DNA of 64,000 nucleotides from Clostridia bacterium. GTDB taxonomy: Bacteria > Bacillota > Clostridia > Christensenellales > Borkfalkiaceae. This document shows positions 1 through 9,209 of the stretch, piece by piece. The position numbers were made by a program, and so were the translations under genes. How positions within the stretch are numbered: the stretch's first letter is position 1; the number at the start of each line of letters is the position of its first letter. The notes beneath the pieces are model-generated. The model searched no databases and was not told the origin of the DNA. It saw nothing but the letters and a program-made list of their open reading frames with translations. The stretch is from positions 17,334 to 81,333 of the forward strand of contig JAFTPR010000002.1 in NCBI GenBank assembly GCA_017463145.1, read 5' to 3'.

Positions 1-2
1 CT

Positions 3-1217
3 GTTAAAAAACACCCTTTTAAAAGCGCAACGCGCTATTATCTTTTAATCGTGCTCACGCTTGCCTTTCTCTTTTTTTCGGGCGATTTCGGCTTGATAGA
101 CGTGCAAAAAACGGCAATCGTGATGGCGGTGGGCATAGACAAGACGGAGAATGAATTTTCCGTGACCTCGCAGATTGCAATTCCGCAATCGAGCAAGCAA
201 GGCAAATCCACCCAGACGGTGCAAATTGAGGGAAAAGGAAAAACGGTGGCGGACGCATTTTCCGTCATCAACGCAAAAACAGGTTGGTATCCCAAGCTTG
301 TTTTCTGCCGTTTAATCATTCTCGGTGAGGATACTGCCAAAGAGGACGTATTTCAAGCGCTCGATTTCTTTCTCCTCGACGAATATATGTCCGATAATTG
401 TCTGCTTGCTACGTGCGACGGCAAAGCAAAGGAGCTTTTAAACGCCTCGGCGCTCATTGACCCGTCGGGCAGTATCGCTATGCAAAAAGTACTATCCCCT
501 CACGCCGAACGGGTTGGCGAAGTGCTCACCGCTACCCTGCGAGAATTTGCTATCAGCTACAACGGTGCGGCAAAAGCGGGGTATATGCCTATTTTGAAAA
601 AGGAACAGCAACAGGAAAAAGCAAAGCAACAAACGTCAAAACCCGCCGCTTCGGGCGGCGCGGAACAAGGCTCTTCTGCCCAAAGCGGCGGGAGCGGCGA
701 GGAAAAAACGGAAGACAAGCCCGTTTTTTCTGCGGGAGAAACGGCGCTCTTTGTCGGCGGCGTACGTGTGGGGAAACTAAACAGACAGGAAACGTTCGCG
801 TTCAGCGCGGTACAAAACGAATTGAAGCTCGCCTCGTATTCCGTAGAACGGGAAAGGGACGCTTGCACGCTCAGCATCAAAAACAATCTCCGTAAAAAAA
901 GCTTCTCCGTTGCCAAGGACGGAAAAGCTACGCTTACGATTACGTTGACCGTTACGGCAGGAATTTTGGACTATAATACCCCTACGCAGCCCGCAGATGC
1001 AGGCGACGTACCCGAAGGGGTCTTGCCGCTTGCGGCGCAAATGCTTGCAGGTCAGGTGCAAACAGCTTTCCAAAAATGCCAAAAGTTTGGTTGCGATCTC
1101 TTTGAGTTGACCTCTCTTTTACAAAAACGGGAGCATAAACGCTTCGAGGCGCTTCAAGACGAAATTGTTAAAAACGCTTCCCTTGCTATCCACGTCACGT
1201 TCCAAAACGTACGGTAA
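3..1217 (+). CDS. Ger(x)C-family spore germination protein (5' end probably cut by window edge)
   Basis: ORF track 51..1217. The frame stays open back to nt 3, and the upstream translation KKHPFKSATRYYLLIVLTLAFLFFSG looks like a signal peptide. GerAC-like N-terminus (QKTAIVMAVGIDK) and a low-complexity Q/G/S/E linker mid-protein. Confidence 0.7.
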   Translation, partial: VKKHPFKSATRYYLLIVLTLAFLFFSGDFGLIDVQKTAIVMAVGIDKTENEFSVTSQIAIPQSSKQGKSTQTVQIEGKGKTVADAFSVINAKTGWYPKLVFCRLIILGEDTAKEDVFQALDFFLLDEYMSDNCLLATCDGKAKELLNASALIDPSGSIAMQKVLSPHAERVGEVLTATLREFAISYNGAAKAGYMPILKKEQQQEKAKQQTSKPAASGGAEQGSSAQSGGSGEEKTEDKPVFSAGETALFVGGVRVGKLNRQETFAFSAVQNELKLASYSVERERDACTLSIKNNLRKKSFSVAKDGKATLTITLTVTAGILDYNTPTQPADAGDVPEGVLPLAAQMLAGQVQTAFQKCQKFGCDLFELTSLLQKREHKRFEALQDEIVKNASLAIHVTFQNVR

Positions 1218-1265
1218 TGCAATAAGTTTTTATACGATTATAAACATCTGTATACAATGCCCTTT

Positions 1266-1714
1266 TGTGGATAAGTTTTACCGCTTGTGCAAAAGAACGT
1301 TTGTTTGTGGATAAATAGGCAGGTTTTTTGGTAAAAATATCGCTTATTTTTATAAACTTTTGCAGATTTGTGGATAAATAATCAAGTTTTTCACCGTTTT
1401 TAATCAAGATTTTTTCTATAAATAAGACAGGGTTCGGTAGGTTATCCACAAAAATTGGGCTATTTTTAACGTTTTTACAGGTTTATTGCATATTTTTTTC
1501 AAAATAGAGTAGTTATACACAAAAAGTTATCCACAATGATTGTATATATCTTGTGGACAACCCCTGTTTATCCACTTTTTCGGTGGATAACTGTGTATAC
1601 AGCCGATTTGCATAATTTTATAAACGTATTTTTCGACGTAAAAATCCCCTGTTCGACTTTTTTCGACAGGGGATTTTTTTATATTCGTTATACCGTTTTT
1701 TTAAGTTATCCACA
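1266..1714. other. DnaA-box cluster A (oriC-like or DnaA-titration region)
   Basis: Perfect TTATCCACA at 1442-1450, 1527-1535 and 1706-1714. Perfect reverse copies TGTGGATAA at 1266-1274, 1306-1314 and 1369-1377. One-mismatch boxes at 1513-1521, 1552-1560, 1568-1576 and 1582-1590. AT-rich spacers. Lies between the convergent ends of the Ger(x)C and cvpA-like genes. Confidence 0.7.
1641..1680. terminator. Bidirectional intrinsic terminator
   Basis: Hairpin AAAATCCCCTGTTCGA / TCGACAGGGGATTTT, flanked by an A-run on the left and a T-run on the right. Downstream of the minus-strand cvpA-like gene. Confidence 0.55.
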
Positions 1715-1715
1715 A

Positions 1716-2426
1716 TCAATTTATTACCCAACCGAGAATGGTATGGATCGGGTTTTTGTTATAAATGAATTTCAAAATAGCGCTTTGATTGAAGAAGTTG
1801 ACGATACCCTGCGAGGGGATAACGGACACAACGGCAATTACTACGCAGACGATTAAAAATCCCTGCACCACGCCTACGGCGAATCCGAGCAATCTGTTCA
1901 AACCGTTTACAAGCGGCAAATTTTCCACAATAGAGCTTACCACGTTTCTAAGCAGGCTTAAAATAAGCTTTAACAGCGCAAACAAAATCAGGAATATAAT
2001 CAGCTTACCCGCAAGCTCGCCAATCGTGCCGCCAACAATTTTTGCAAGCGTCGTTCCCGCAGGGATTGACTTATTTCCTACGCCGTCCACAATAATTTTT
2101 ACGAGGAAGTTGGGCAAATTCTTTTCCTGCAAAGCCGCCGTCAATCCACCCGTGGAAATATCGATATCGAATCCCTTGATTTTCGCAAACCCTTCGATAC
2201 AGCCGTTGATAAGCATGTTTTGCAACCCGAACAGCCCGCCCGTAAGGTTCGTTACTGTATTGATAAGTAAAAAAGCAAGCACTACCGCCAAAATCGTTGA
2301 CACCATGCCGAAAATACAATCAACAAATCCCTTTCTTGCGGCAATAAAACCAAAAATCAAAAATACTACGATGGCAATAATATCCAAAATGGAATTTACC
2401 GTACTTGCATTTAATCCGTTTAGCAT
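1716..2426 (-). CDS. CvpA-family membrane protein
   Basis: Track ORF 1716..2489. The likely start is MLNGLNAS at 2426, preceded by AAGGAGGA. Multi-TM protein with a CvpA-like N-terminus (ILDIIAIVVFLIFGFIAARKGFVD). Confidence 0.65.
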   Translation of the reverse strand: MLNGLNASTVNSILDIIAIVVFLIFGFIAARKGFVDCIFGMVSTILAVVLAFLLINTVTNLTGGLFGLQNMLINGCIEGFAKIKGFDIDISTGGLTAALQEKNLPNFLVKIIVDGVGNKSIPAGTTLAKIVGGTIGELAGKLIIFLILFALLKLILSLLRNVVSSIVENLPLVNGLNRLLGFAVGVVQGFLIVCVVIAVVSVIPSQGIVNFFNQSAILKFIYNKNPIHTILGWVIN

Positions 2427-2538
2427 TTTATCCTCCTTTTTTAAAAAAACACTTTGTTTAATTATAGCACATTTTTTTTGAATTATCAATACTTATTCGT
2501 ATTTTTCCAAAAAAATTTTTTTTGGAGGTTTACCGCAC

Positions 2539-3165
2539 GTGTGCGCGGGCAATACTATACGTATGGATTTCGCTTTTCATATATATAACAAACATTGCTC
2601 CGACGGAGCGACACTTGCTTTGGAAAAACTGCTTTTTCACAATGCGCAAATTCGAAAAAATGTCAAAAAGGAGGGGGCGTGTACGGATATAACTGAAAAA
2701 TCCCCCGTTATTGTATGTATTGGGAGCGACCTTGCAATCGGCGACAGCTTAGGTCCGATTGTCGGGTCAATGCTCAAATACAAAACCCAAGGCTTGGGGG
2801 TGTTTATCTATGGTACGCTTACCGCGCCCGTTACGGCAAAGGAAATAAAATACGTGCGTACGTTTTTGAAAGAAACGCACCCCGACAGGCAGATTATTGC
2901 CGTAGACGCGGCAATCGGCGCAGAGGGTGATATCGGTTTGCTTCGCTTAACGGACTCCCCGCTCTATCCTGGCGCGGGTGCAAACAAAAAACTTGGCGCG
3001 GTGGGGGACGTTTCCGTTATGGGGATTGTAGCGGAAAAATCCGTTGCAAACTATGGGCTTCTCAACAACACGCGGTTAAATCTTGTATACACAATGTCGG
3101 AAAAACTTTCCGACGCACTCGCTTCCTTGCTTTGGAACAGACAAACAAACACGCAGGCAAATTAA
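2539..3165 (+). CDS. yyaC: Sporulation protein YyaC (putative spore protease, DUF1256)
   Basis: Motif VIVCIGSDLAIGDSLGPIVGSML and the overall length match the YyaC family. The start codon is uncertain (an alternative Met lies at 2563). Confidence 0.7.
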   Translation: MCAGNTIRMDFAFHIYNKHCSDGATLALEKLLFHNAQIRKNVKKEGACTDITEKSPVIVCIGSDLAIGDSLGPIVGSMLKYKTQGLGVFIYGTLTAPVTAKEIKYVRTFLKETHPDRQIIAVDAAIGAEGDIGLLRLTDSPLYPGAGANKKLGAVGDVSVMGIVAEKSVANYGLLNNTRLNLVYTMSEKLSDALASLLWNRQTNTQAN

Positions 3166-3185
3166 ACTTTTTACGCCACTTGCGC

Positions 3186-3214
3186 TTGACTTCATCCGTA
3201 AATTTTGCTATAAT
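3186..3214 (+). promoter_or_regulatory. Sigma-A-type promoter for queT
   Basis: TTGACT (3186-3191), 17-nt spacer, TATAAT (3209-3214). Confidence 0.55.
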
Positions 3215-3220
3215 AAAAAT

Positions 3221-3264
3221 AAGGAAGGTTTTCGGAAAACACTTCCTAATAAAAAAACCGAGGT
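3221..3264 (+). promoter_or_regulatory. preQ1-I-like riboswitch
   Basis: P1 stem GGAAG (3223-3227) / CUUCC (3242-3246). Loop UCGG can pair with the downstream CCGA, followed by an A-rich tail UAAUAAAAAAACCGAGG that overlaps the RBS. Sits directly upstream of a QueT-family transporter gene. Confidence 0.6.
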
Positions 3265-3272
3265 ACAATTTC

Positions 3273-3797
3273 ATGAAAAACGTTTTTACGACAAAACGAC
3301 TTTGCCGCGCGGGCGTTATTGCCGCGCTGTACGTAGGAATTACCTACGCTTTTATGCCCTTTGCGTTCGGACCGTTCCAGATCCGTCCCGCAGAGGCTCT
3401 TTGTTTATTGCCTCTTTTCTTTCCCGAAGCCGTACCTGCTCTATATATCGGCTGTATGCTTTCCAACCTCGCATCTCCGTTCCTTGTATACGACGTGTTT
3501 ATCGGGTCTTTGACAACTCTGCTTGCTGCGCTCGGTTCGTACACGGTAGGCACATTTTTTAAAAAACCGCTGTTTCGGTTTTTAGCGGGCGGTATTTTTC
3601 CCGTACTGCTTAACGCCTTTCTTATCCCGCTTATTATCGTATTTTTATGCGGGGATTTGGGCGGACAGCCAAGCGCTTCCACGGCTTATTGGGTTTATTT
3701 CGGTTCGTTTTTATTGACGGAAACGGTGTGGGTATACGGGCTTGGCGCACCCCTTTTCTTCACCATGCATAGATTGACAAAAGTGAAATCGCAATAA
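3273..3797 (+). CDS. queT: QueT-family queuosine-precursor transporter
   Basis: Track ORF 3132..3797. The start is placed at MKNVFTTKRL (3273), downstream of the promoter and riboswitch. Multi-TM with a QueT-like FQIRPAEALCLLP motif. Confidence 0.7.
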   Translation: MKNVFTTKRLCRAGVIAALYVGITYAFMPFAFGPFQIRPAEALCLLPLFFPEAVPALYIGCMLSNLASPFLVYDVFIGSLTTLLAALGSYTVGTFFKKPLFRFLAGGIFPVLLNAFLIPLIIVFLCGDLGGQPSASTAYWVYFGSFLLTETVWVYGLGAPLFFTMHRLTKVKSQ

Positions 3798-3881
3798 GAT
3801 TAAAAGCGTTTTTTGCAAATACTTTTCATACGTATATTAAAAACACGTTGCTTATCGTTTGATAAACAACGTGTTCGTTTT

Positions 3882-4823
3882 TTATTCTTCGTCTTTGTTG
3901 CCGCTGTTGCCGAGGAAAATTCCAAAGAAATCAGAGGACTGTTTCATCGTCGTACCGCCTGCGCTGCCCGTAGATTTTCCATCGCGGTTGAAATTCTTTT
4001 TATAACCGCCTTTGTTTCCGCTGCGATTATTCCCGAAATTACCTCTACCCCCACGGTTACCGCCACGGTTGCCATAGCCGCCTCTGCCGCCGCGGTTATC
4101 CCGTCTGTCGTTTCTCTCGCTTCTTGCAGGAATTGCAGGAGCATCGGGATCTTCCAAATTATCGGGTACAACCACGATATAGCGGTTAGGCTCTTTGCCT
4201 TCGCTCTCCGTTTTTATGCCTTCCGTTTCGGACAAAGCAGAATGGATAATTCTTCTTTCGTACGGGTTCATTGGTTCAAGCTTAATTTTCTTGCCGAGGC
4301 GCACCGCTTTTTGCGCAAGGTTTGCCGCAAGCTTTTTCAACGTAGCTTCTCGGTTTTCACGATAGTTTTCACAATCAACCACAACACGCTTATAATCCTC
4401 TCTGCCCGTGTTTGCAACCGCGCCCGCAAGGGTTTGAATAGCATCCAACATTGCGCCGTGCTTACCGATTACCGACGTTGTGTTGTTTGCCGTGATATTT
4501 ATTTCTACTTTGTCACCCTCGGAAACAAGCTCGGTGACAGCGGTTATATCCAACAACTTGAAAAGACCTTCCAAAAACAAGACCGTTCTTTCGCCGTCCG
4601 AAAGAGATTCTTGCGCTTCCGTTAAAACAGGCGTTTGTGCTGTTTCTTCTACGATAGGTTCTTCCAAGGTAACAGCTTTCGCCTCGATATCGACGATTGC
4701 TTTCGTACCGAACAGACTTTTCTTTTCTTCTATTACGGTTATCACCGCGTCTTCTTTGGAAAGATTCAATTCTTTCAACCCTTTTTCAACGGCTTCTTCT
4801 ACCGTTTTACCCTTAAATTCCAT
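3882..4823 (-). CDS. khpB: RNA-binding protein KhpB/Jag (Jag_N-KH-R3H) with RGG-rich C-terminal tail
   Basis: Start MEFKGKTVEEAVEKGLKEL at 4823, with a GGAGAG RBS. R3H-like region EPMNPYERRIIHSAL. Lies downstream of yidC, as in Bacillus. Confidence 0.8.
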   Translation of the reverse strand: MEFKGKTVEEAVEKGLKELNLSKEDAVITVIEEKKSLFGTKAIVDIEAKAVTLEEPIVEETAQTPVLTEAQESLSDGERTVLFLEGLFKLLDITAVTELVSEGDKVEINITANNTTSVIGKHGAMLDAIQTLAGAVANTGREDYKRVVVDCENYRENREATLKKLAANLAQKAVRLGKKIKLEPMNPYERRIIHSALSETEGIKTESEGKEPNRYIVVVPDNLEDPDAPAIPARSERNDRRDNRGGRGGYGNRGGNRGGRGNFGNNRSGNKGGYKKNFNRDGKSTGSAGGTTMKQSSDFFGIFLGNSGNKDEE

Positions 4824-4851
4824 TTTTCTCTCCTTACAATCCCAAAAGGAT

Positions 4852-6249
4852 TTATTTGTTTTTCTTATCTTTCTTTTCTGAGCCGGGCGCAACTCTGCCA
4901 GGGAAGCGCTTATTATATTGCTCCTGCAAAGCCTTTTCGTCCTTTTTATTTTGCACCACGTCCACAATCTTATTGATGACAAGTGTCGAAATAAGAGAAA
5001 GAATATTGCTCATAATCATATAGATAGAGAATGCCGAACTGTACATAAACGAGAATATGGCGAACATAACGGTCATAATGACCATTGTCATTTTCTGTTG
5101 TGATGCGCCTTGACCGTCTACGGACGAATATTTTTGCTGTTCTTTTTGTCCAAGCTGGGAAATCCATTGTTGCAACAAAATCGTACCAATCGAAAGTATG
5201 ATCAACACGTAATATCCGTTTGCTTGATTTTTCTGCGCAGAAAGCTTTGCCGTTACCGTATTATAGCTGTCTGCATCATACGCGTTGGTATAGGAAGTGA
5301 TGCTTCCAAACGCCACTTTTCCCGAGTTGACGGCAAATTTTTCCCGTTCTACTTCCGTTTTGAAATCGCTATATCCAAGCACAGGATGCTTATAGCTTGC
5401 GTCGGTAGCCCAAATATTCTTTATCCAACCGAATTTTGTGTTTTTTATAACCGTTGAATTATAGGAAACGACAACCTCACTTTGCGCTTGGCTGACGATA
5501 TATTCTTTTACGGCATCACTTTTTTCAAGTGTTTTTCCCGCAGCAGAAGCGTCGGCAATCGCTTTGTCTACGCTTGCTTTTATCTCCGCTTTCGCATACG
5601 CTTTCTCTACGTCGATAAAGTATTCCTTTTTCGCTTTTTGGATATATGCGTATCCGTTATCTGCATACGCCGAATCGTAAGCAACGGTGTAATAGATATA
5701 TTTATCTTTATCGTCCGCGTCTTTTATAAGGAGCTTATCTCCACTGAGAGATACGTTTTCTTCCGTTATATCGGGCGCGTGGCGGGTGATACCCGCATTA
5801 TACGCGTTTACCATTATATTGTAATTGTTTACGTTGGAATATTGCGCGTACGCATTAAAGGCGTTAATGGCAACGATAAAGATAACCATGGAAAGGATCA
5901 TAGGCAAGCACGAGGAAAACATGGAAAAACCGCTTTCCTTATACATTTCCATTACCTTTTGATTATACTTTTCTTTGTCGTTGGCGTACTGCTTTTGCAG
6001 TTTTTCCATTTTCGCCTGATTTTCTTTCATTTTTATATTTTGTTTTCGCATTGATATCCTTTGATATACGTCAAAGGGCAATACAATTGCTTTCAATATC
6101 ACGGAAAACAGAATGATACCGATTCCGACAGAACCGATATTTTCAATGAGCAAGCGAATCAGCTTGCCTATCCAGTTGAGGGAGATATCGAAAGTGTTGC
6201 CGATTACGGCAATACCAACGTCTCCGCTTAACAAATTAAAAAGTCCCAT
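4852..6249 (-). CDS. yidC: Membrane protein insertase YidC/OxaA family (with large inserted loop)
   Basis: Track ORF 4852..6285 begins at a TTG; the ATG at 6249 (MGLFNLL) is preferred. YidC-like segment LPFDVYQRISMRKQNIKMKENQAKMEKLQKQY. Canonical rnpA-yidD-yidC-jag order. Confidence 0.8.
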   Translation of the reverse strand: MGLFNLLSGDVGIAVIGNTFDISLNWIGKLIRLLIENIGSVGIGIILFSVILKAIVLPFDVYQRISMRKQNIKMKENQAKMEKLQKQYANDKEKYNQKVMEMYKESGFSMFSSCLPMILSMVIFIVAINAFNAYAQYSNVNNYNIMVNAYNAGITRHAPDITEENVSLSGDKLLIKDADDKDKYIYYTVAYDSAYADNGYAYIQKAKKEYFIDVEKAYAKAEIKASVDKAIADASAAGKTLEKSDAVKEYIVSQAQSEVVVSYNSTVIKNTKFGWIKNIWATDASYKHPVLGYSDFKTEVEREKFAVNSGKVAFGSITSYTNAYDADSYNTVTAKLSAQKNQANGYYVLIILSIGTILLQQWISQLGQKEQQKYSSVDGQGASQQKMTMVIMTVMFAIFSFMYSSAFSIYMIMSNILSLISTLVINKIVDVVQNKKDEKALQEQYNKRFPGRVAPGSEKKDKKNK

Positions 6250-6272
6250 TTTTACTTCCGCTTGATTTATTT

Positions 6273-6488
6273 TTATAAAAGCCAACGCTTGGAAAAATAG
6301 CGTTCGGGCGCAGGATCGAAACCGCCTTTTGAAAAAGGATTACAGCGCAAAATACGCCACATTCCCAATAAAATACCCAAAAATACGCCGTGATTGTTGA
6401 TACACTCCAAGGTGTATTGAGAACAGGTAGGGCGGTATAAACAGGTATGTTTAGACAAATGCTTTTGATAAAAAAGAATCATTCGCAT
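6273..6488 (-). CDS. yidD: Membrane protein insertion efficiency factor YidD
   Basis: Motifs FYQKHLS..CLYRPTCSQY..RCNPFSKGGFDP. The track ORF extends to a TTG at 6569; the ATG at 6488 gives a typical ~71-aa YidD. Confidence 0.75.
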   Translation of the reverse strand: MRMILFYQKHLSKHTCLYRPTCSQYTLECINNHGVFLGILLGMWRILRCNPFSKGGFDPAPERYFSKRWLL

Positions 6489-6565
6489 ACAAACGCCGCG
6501 AAAAAGGGGCTTGTACACCGTCTTTTTTAAATATTTCCAATTTTCCTTAAAAGGAAAGAAAATAC

Positions 6566-6883
6566 TCAAAGTTTCTCCTTTTTTATCATGGAAAGCAAAT
6601 GTTTTTCAAAGGTATCAAACGTATATTCTTCTCTCACTTTTGGAATGAGCACGAAAGAATACGTTCCTTGTATTTGGTTTTGCGTAAGCCGAAACGCTTC
6701 CCTTATCAACCTTTTAATACGGTTTCTTTGTACGCTTTTGCCGTGTTTTTTGCCTATGGAAATACCCATAACCATTTTATCACAAGGCATATAAAGCATT
6801 GTAAGAGAAGGGGAGAAAGCACGTTTTCCCTTTTGGAAAATCTTTTGAAAATCCGATTGTTTTTTTAATCTGAAATATTCCAT
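6566..6883 (-). CDS. rnpA: Ribonuclease P protein component
   Basis: 105 aa and basic, with an RNase P protein-like KKHGKSVQRNRIKRLIREAFR segment. Directly downstream of rpmH. Confidence 0.85.
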   Translation of the reverse strand: MEYFRLKKQSDFQKIFQKGKRAFSPSLTMLYMPCDKMVMGISIGKKHGKSVQRNRIKRLIREAFRLTQNQIQGTYSFVLIPKVREEYTFDTFEKHLLSMIKKEKL

Positions 6884-6988
6884 TTTCCCCTTTTCTTTCT
6901 TTGAAAAACAGCAATTCCTCTCCTTTTGCGAAAAGGAAAGGAAAATACGCGCGTTTTCAAAGCGTTACGGTTTTGCTTTCTCTTTTAC

Positions 6989-7123
6989 TTAGTGGGTAAG
7001 TCTTTTTCTTCCTTTCGCTCTGCGACGTTTCAACACCTTTCTGCCTGCCGTCGTAGACATTCTCTTTCTGAAACCGTGTACTTTGCTTCTTTGTCTTTTC
7101 TTGGGTTGGTAGGTTCTTTTCAT
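6989..7123 (-). CDS. rpmH: 50S ribosomal protein L34
   Basis: Not in the track (44 aa). My own translation of the minus strand is [52 protein letters not shown] lies upstream. Confidence 0.9.
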   Translation of the reverse strand: MKRTYQPKKRQRSKVHGFRKRMSTTAGRKVLKRRRAKGRKRLTH

Positions 7124-7199
7124 AATCTTTTAATCTCCTGATTTTGTTTTCTTTTCGTTTTTGTTTGTTATCGCGCTTTTCCCCACGATAACGCTACCT

Positions 7200-7228
7200 A
7201 TTATAACGAAACAAGCGTAATTCGTCAA
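7200..7228 (-). promoter_or_regulatory. Sigma-A-type promoter for rpmH
   Basis: On the minus strand: TTGACG (7228-7223), 17-nt spacer, TATAAT (7205-7200). Confidence 0.5.
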
Positions 7229-7273
7229 GCAATTTTGCCTTCTTTTTTCGCTGTTTCCTTAATTTTATCTTTT

Positions 7274-8383
7274 TTATTGGGCGGAATTGCTTGTTCTGAC
7301 AGGCAATACGAGATATTGGCTCGTCTTATCTTCCTCGTTTTCAATCGTGAAAGGAGAAACGGACGTATTAAAGGATATAACCACCGTTTCCTCTTCCAAA
7401 GCTTTCACCGCTTCGGAAAGATATTTTCCGTTCATGGCAATTTTCAACTCTTTTCCTTCCGTTTCCGCAAAAACGCTTTCTTCAACTTTACCGATATCCG
7501 AATTGGCGTTGATGGTGATTTTTCCGTTTTTGATATCGAAAATAACGAGATTGTTTTTATCGCCGCGGGTCATTACGGCAGCTCTTTCAATACTTTCCGT
7601 AATTGCGGAACGCTTCACTTTTACCACCGTCGTAAATTCTACAGGATAAATGTTTTCCTTTCTTACAAATTCCCCTACGTACAAACGGGAAGTAATTACC
7701 GTATCCTTGACTGCTACGGACAGTTTGTTCTTATCCGCGTATACCTTTAAAATATCGTCGCTGTCCAACATACGGGAAATTTCCGTCAACGTTCTTGCCG
7801 GGCATACAATCTTTATATCCGTGCCGCCCGTGATTTCTTTATACGAACAAGCCATTCTGAACCCGTCGAGGGCAGTCGCCGTCAAAACGCCGTCTTTCGC
7901 TTCCAAAAGACAGCCCTTTAAGATAGGACGGCTGTCATCCGTAGCAGAACAGAACACAACCTTGGAAATAAGTTCTTTTAAAGAAGATTCCTTTATTTCA
8001 AAGTACGTATCCTCCGAAATATCCTTTTCCTTAATTGCGGGAAAATCGCTTGCGGGAAGCGTCTGCATATACGTTTCGTTATCGCCGTATTCAATCGTGA
8101 TACCCTTTTCGTCCGAATCGATTACAACCTCCGCAAAAGAAATTTTGCCGATAAAGTCGGAGAAGAATTTACCGTTTACGCAAATTTCTCCTTCTTCCAA
8201 AACCTCTGCGTTTATTTTCTTTTCAATGGAAATTTCTCCGTCGTACGCCGTCAGCGTAAGAATGTCGTTTTTTGCTTCTATTTTAATACATTCCAATACG
8301 GGCGTAAGCGTTTTTACCGCGCATGCCTTTACTACGGTAAACGCAGCGTCCGATAAAACCATTCCGTTACATACGAATTTCAT
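7274..8383 (-). CDS. dnaN: DNA polymerase III beta subunit (sliding clamp)
   Basis: 369 aa, N-terminus MKFVCNGMVLSDAAFTVVKACAVKT. Three-domain length typical of the beta clamp. GGAGG RBS. Confidence 0.9.
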   Translation of the reverse strand: MKFVCNGMVLSDAAFTVVKACAVKTLTPVLECIKIEAKNDILTLTAYDGEISIEKKINAEVLEEGEICVNGKFFSDFIGKISFAEVVIDSDEKGITIEYGDNETYMQTLPASDFPAIKEKDISEDTYFEIKESSLKELISKVVFCSATDDSRPILKGCLLEAKDGVLTATALDGFRMACSYKEITGGTDIKIVCPARTLTEISRMLDSDDILKVYADKNKLSVAVKDTVITSRLYVGEFVRKENIYPVEFTTVVKVKRSAITESIERAAVMTRGDKNNLVIFDIKNGKITINANSDIGKVEESVFAETEGKELKIAMNGKYLSEAVKALEEETVVISFNTSVSPFTIENEEDKTSQYLVLPVRTSNSAQ

Positions 8384-8875
8384 ACTTGTTTCCTCCGTTT
8401 TCTCAATTCAATCTATTTTACCATAAAACGCTTGTTTTTGCAAGCGAAAACTCCGCCCTTTTTTATATTTATATAAAAACTATCTCTTTTAAAGGGTAAT
8501 TTTCGGAAAAATACCGCACGGAGAAAGCCGTGCCGCCTGTTTCTTTGCGCCAATACGCAAACGACGCGTCCGCATTGTTCGCCATATACCTTTTTTTAAA
8601 CACGCACCCGAATTTTAAAAGACACAAAAATAATCTGCTTGTATGTAGTATATTTTTTCTTTTGTAGGAGAATAATATCTCCGCTCCCGACGTCCGATAA
8701 AGTCGTAGCTTCGTATACCGTTATCTTGAAAAAAAAATTACGTATCAACGAATAAAGTATACCACTTTAAAAAAGCAAAGTCAACCTTTCAAAAAGAGGT
8801 TTCGTTTGCTTTTACCAAGAAGATACTTATATATAAAAGAGTTATAATCGTAATATCAATAAAGGGGAGTGGAAT

Positions 8876-9129
8876 TGTGGACAACCCTCTTTTTTGCGTG
8901 GTTTTTTCTTTATTTAAAAGGGTTTTGTTCTTGTGGACAAGTTTCTTTTTTCGGTGGATAAAAATGTGTATAATTTGTGGACAAGTGGATTAAAAAGAAA
9001 ACAGCTGTTTTATAAAAATGAATAAAAATACAAAATAGCAGAATATTTATACAATTAAATAGTTATCCCCAAAGCCTGTCCACATTGTGGATAAATGTGG
9101 ATAACTTTTCTGTGGACAAGAGTGGATAA
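8876..9129. other. DnaA-box cluster B (probable oriC core) upstream of dnaN
   Basis: TGTGGACAA at 8876, 8932, 8976 and 9111. TGTGGATAA at 9086 and 9096. GGTGGATAA at 8953, AGTGGATAA at 9121 and TTATCCCCA at 9063. Followed by a very AT-rich stretch (9133-9190). Lies between divergent dnaN (-) and rsmG (+). Confidence 0.75.
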
Positions 9130-9209
9130 CTCCTTTTTTATTGATATTTTTATTATTTGTATAGACAAAATATTTGATATTTAATCGTATTCGTGGTATA
9201 ATGTTAAGT

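Noticed and set aside
8384-8875. Decayed dnaA remnant between dnaN and the DnaA boxes
   Set aside because: The space is only ~490 nt, with no ORF of 60 aa or more. A 38-aa minus-strand ORF at ~8470-8585 shows no DnaA-like sequence. A highly degraded remnant cannot be excluded without alignment.
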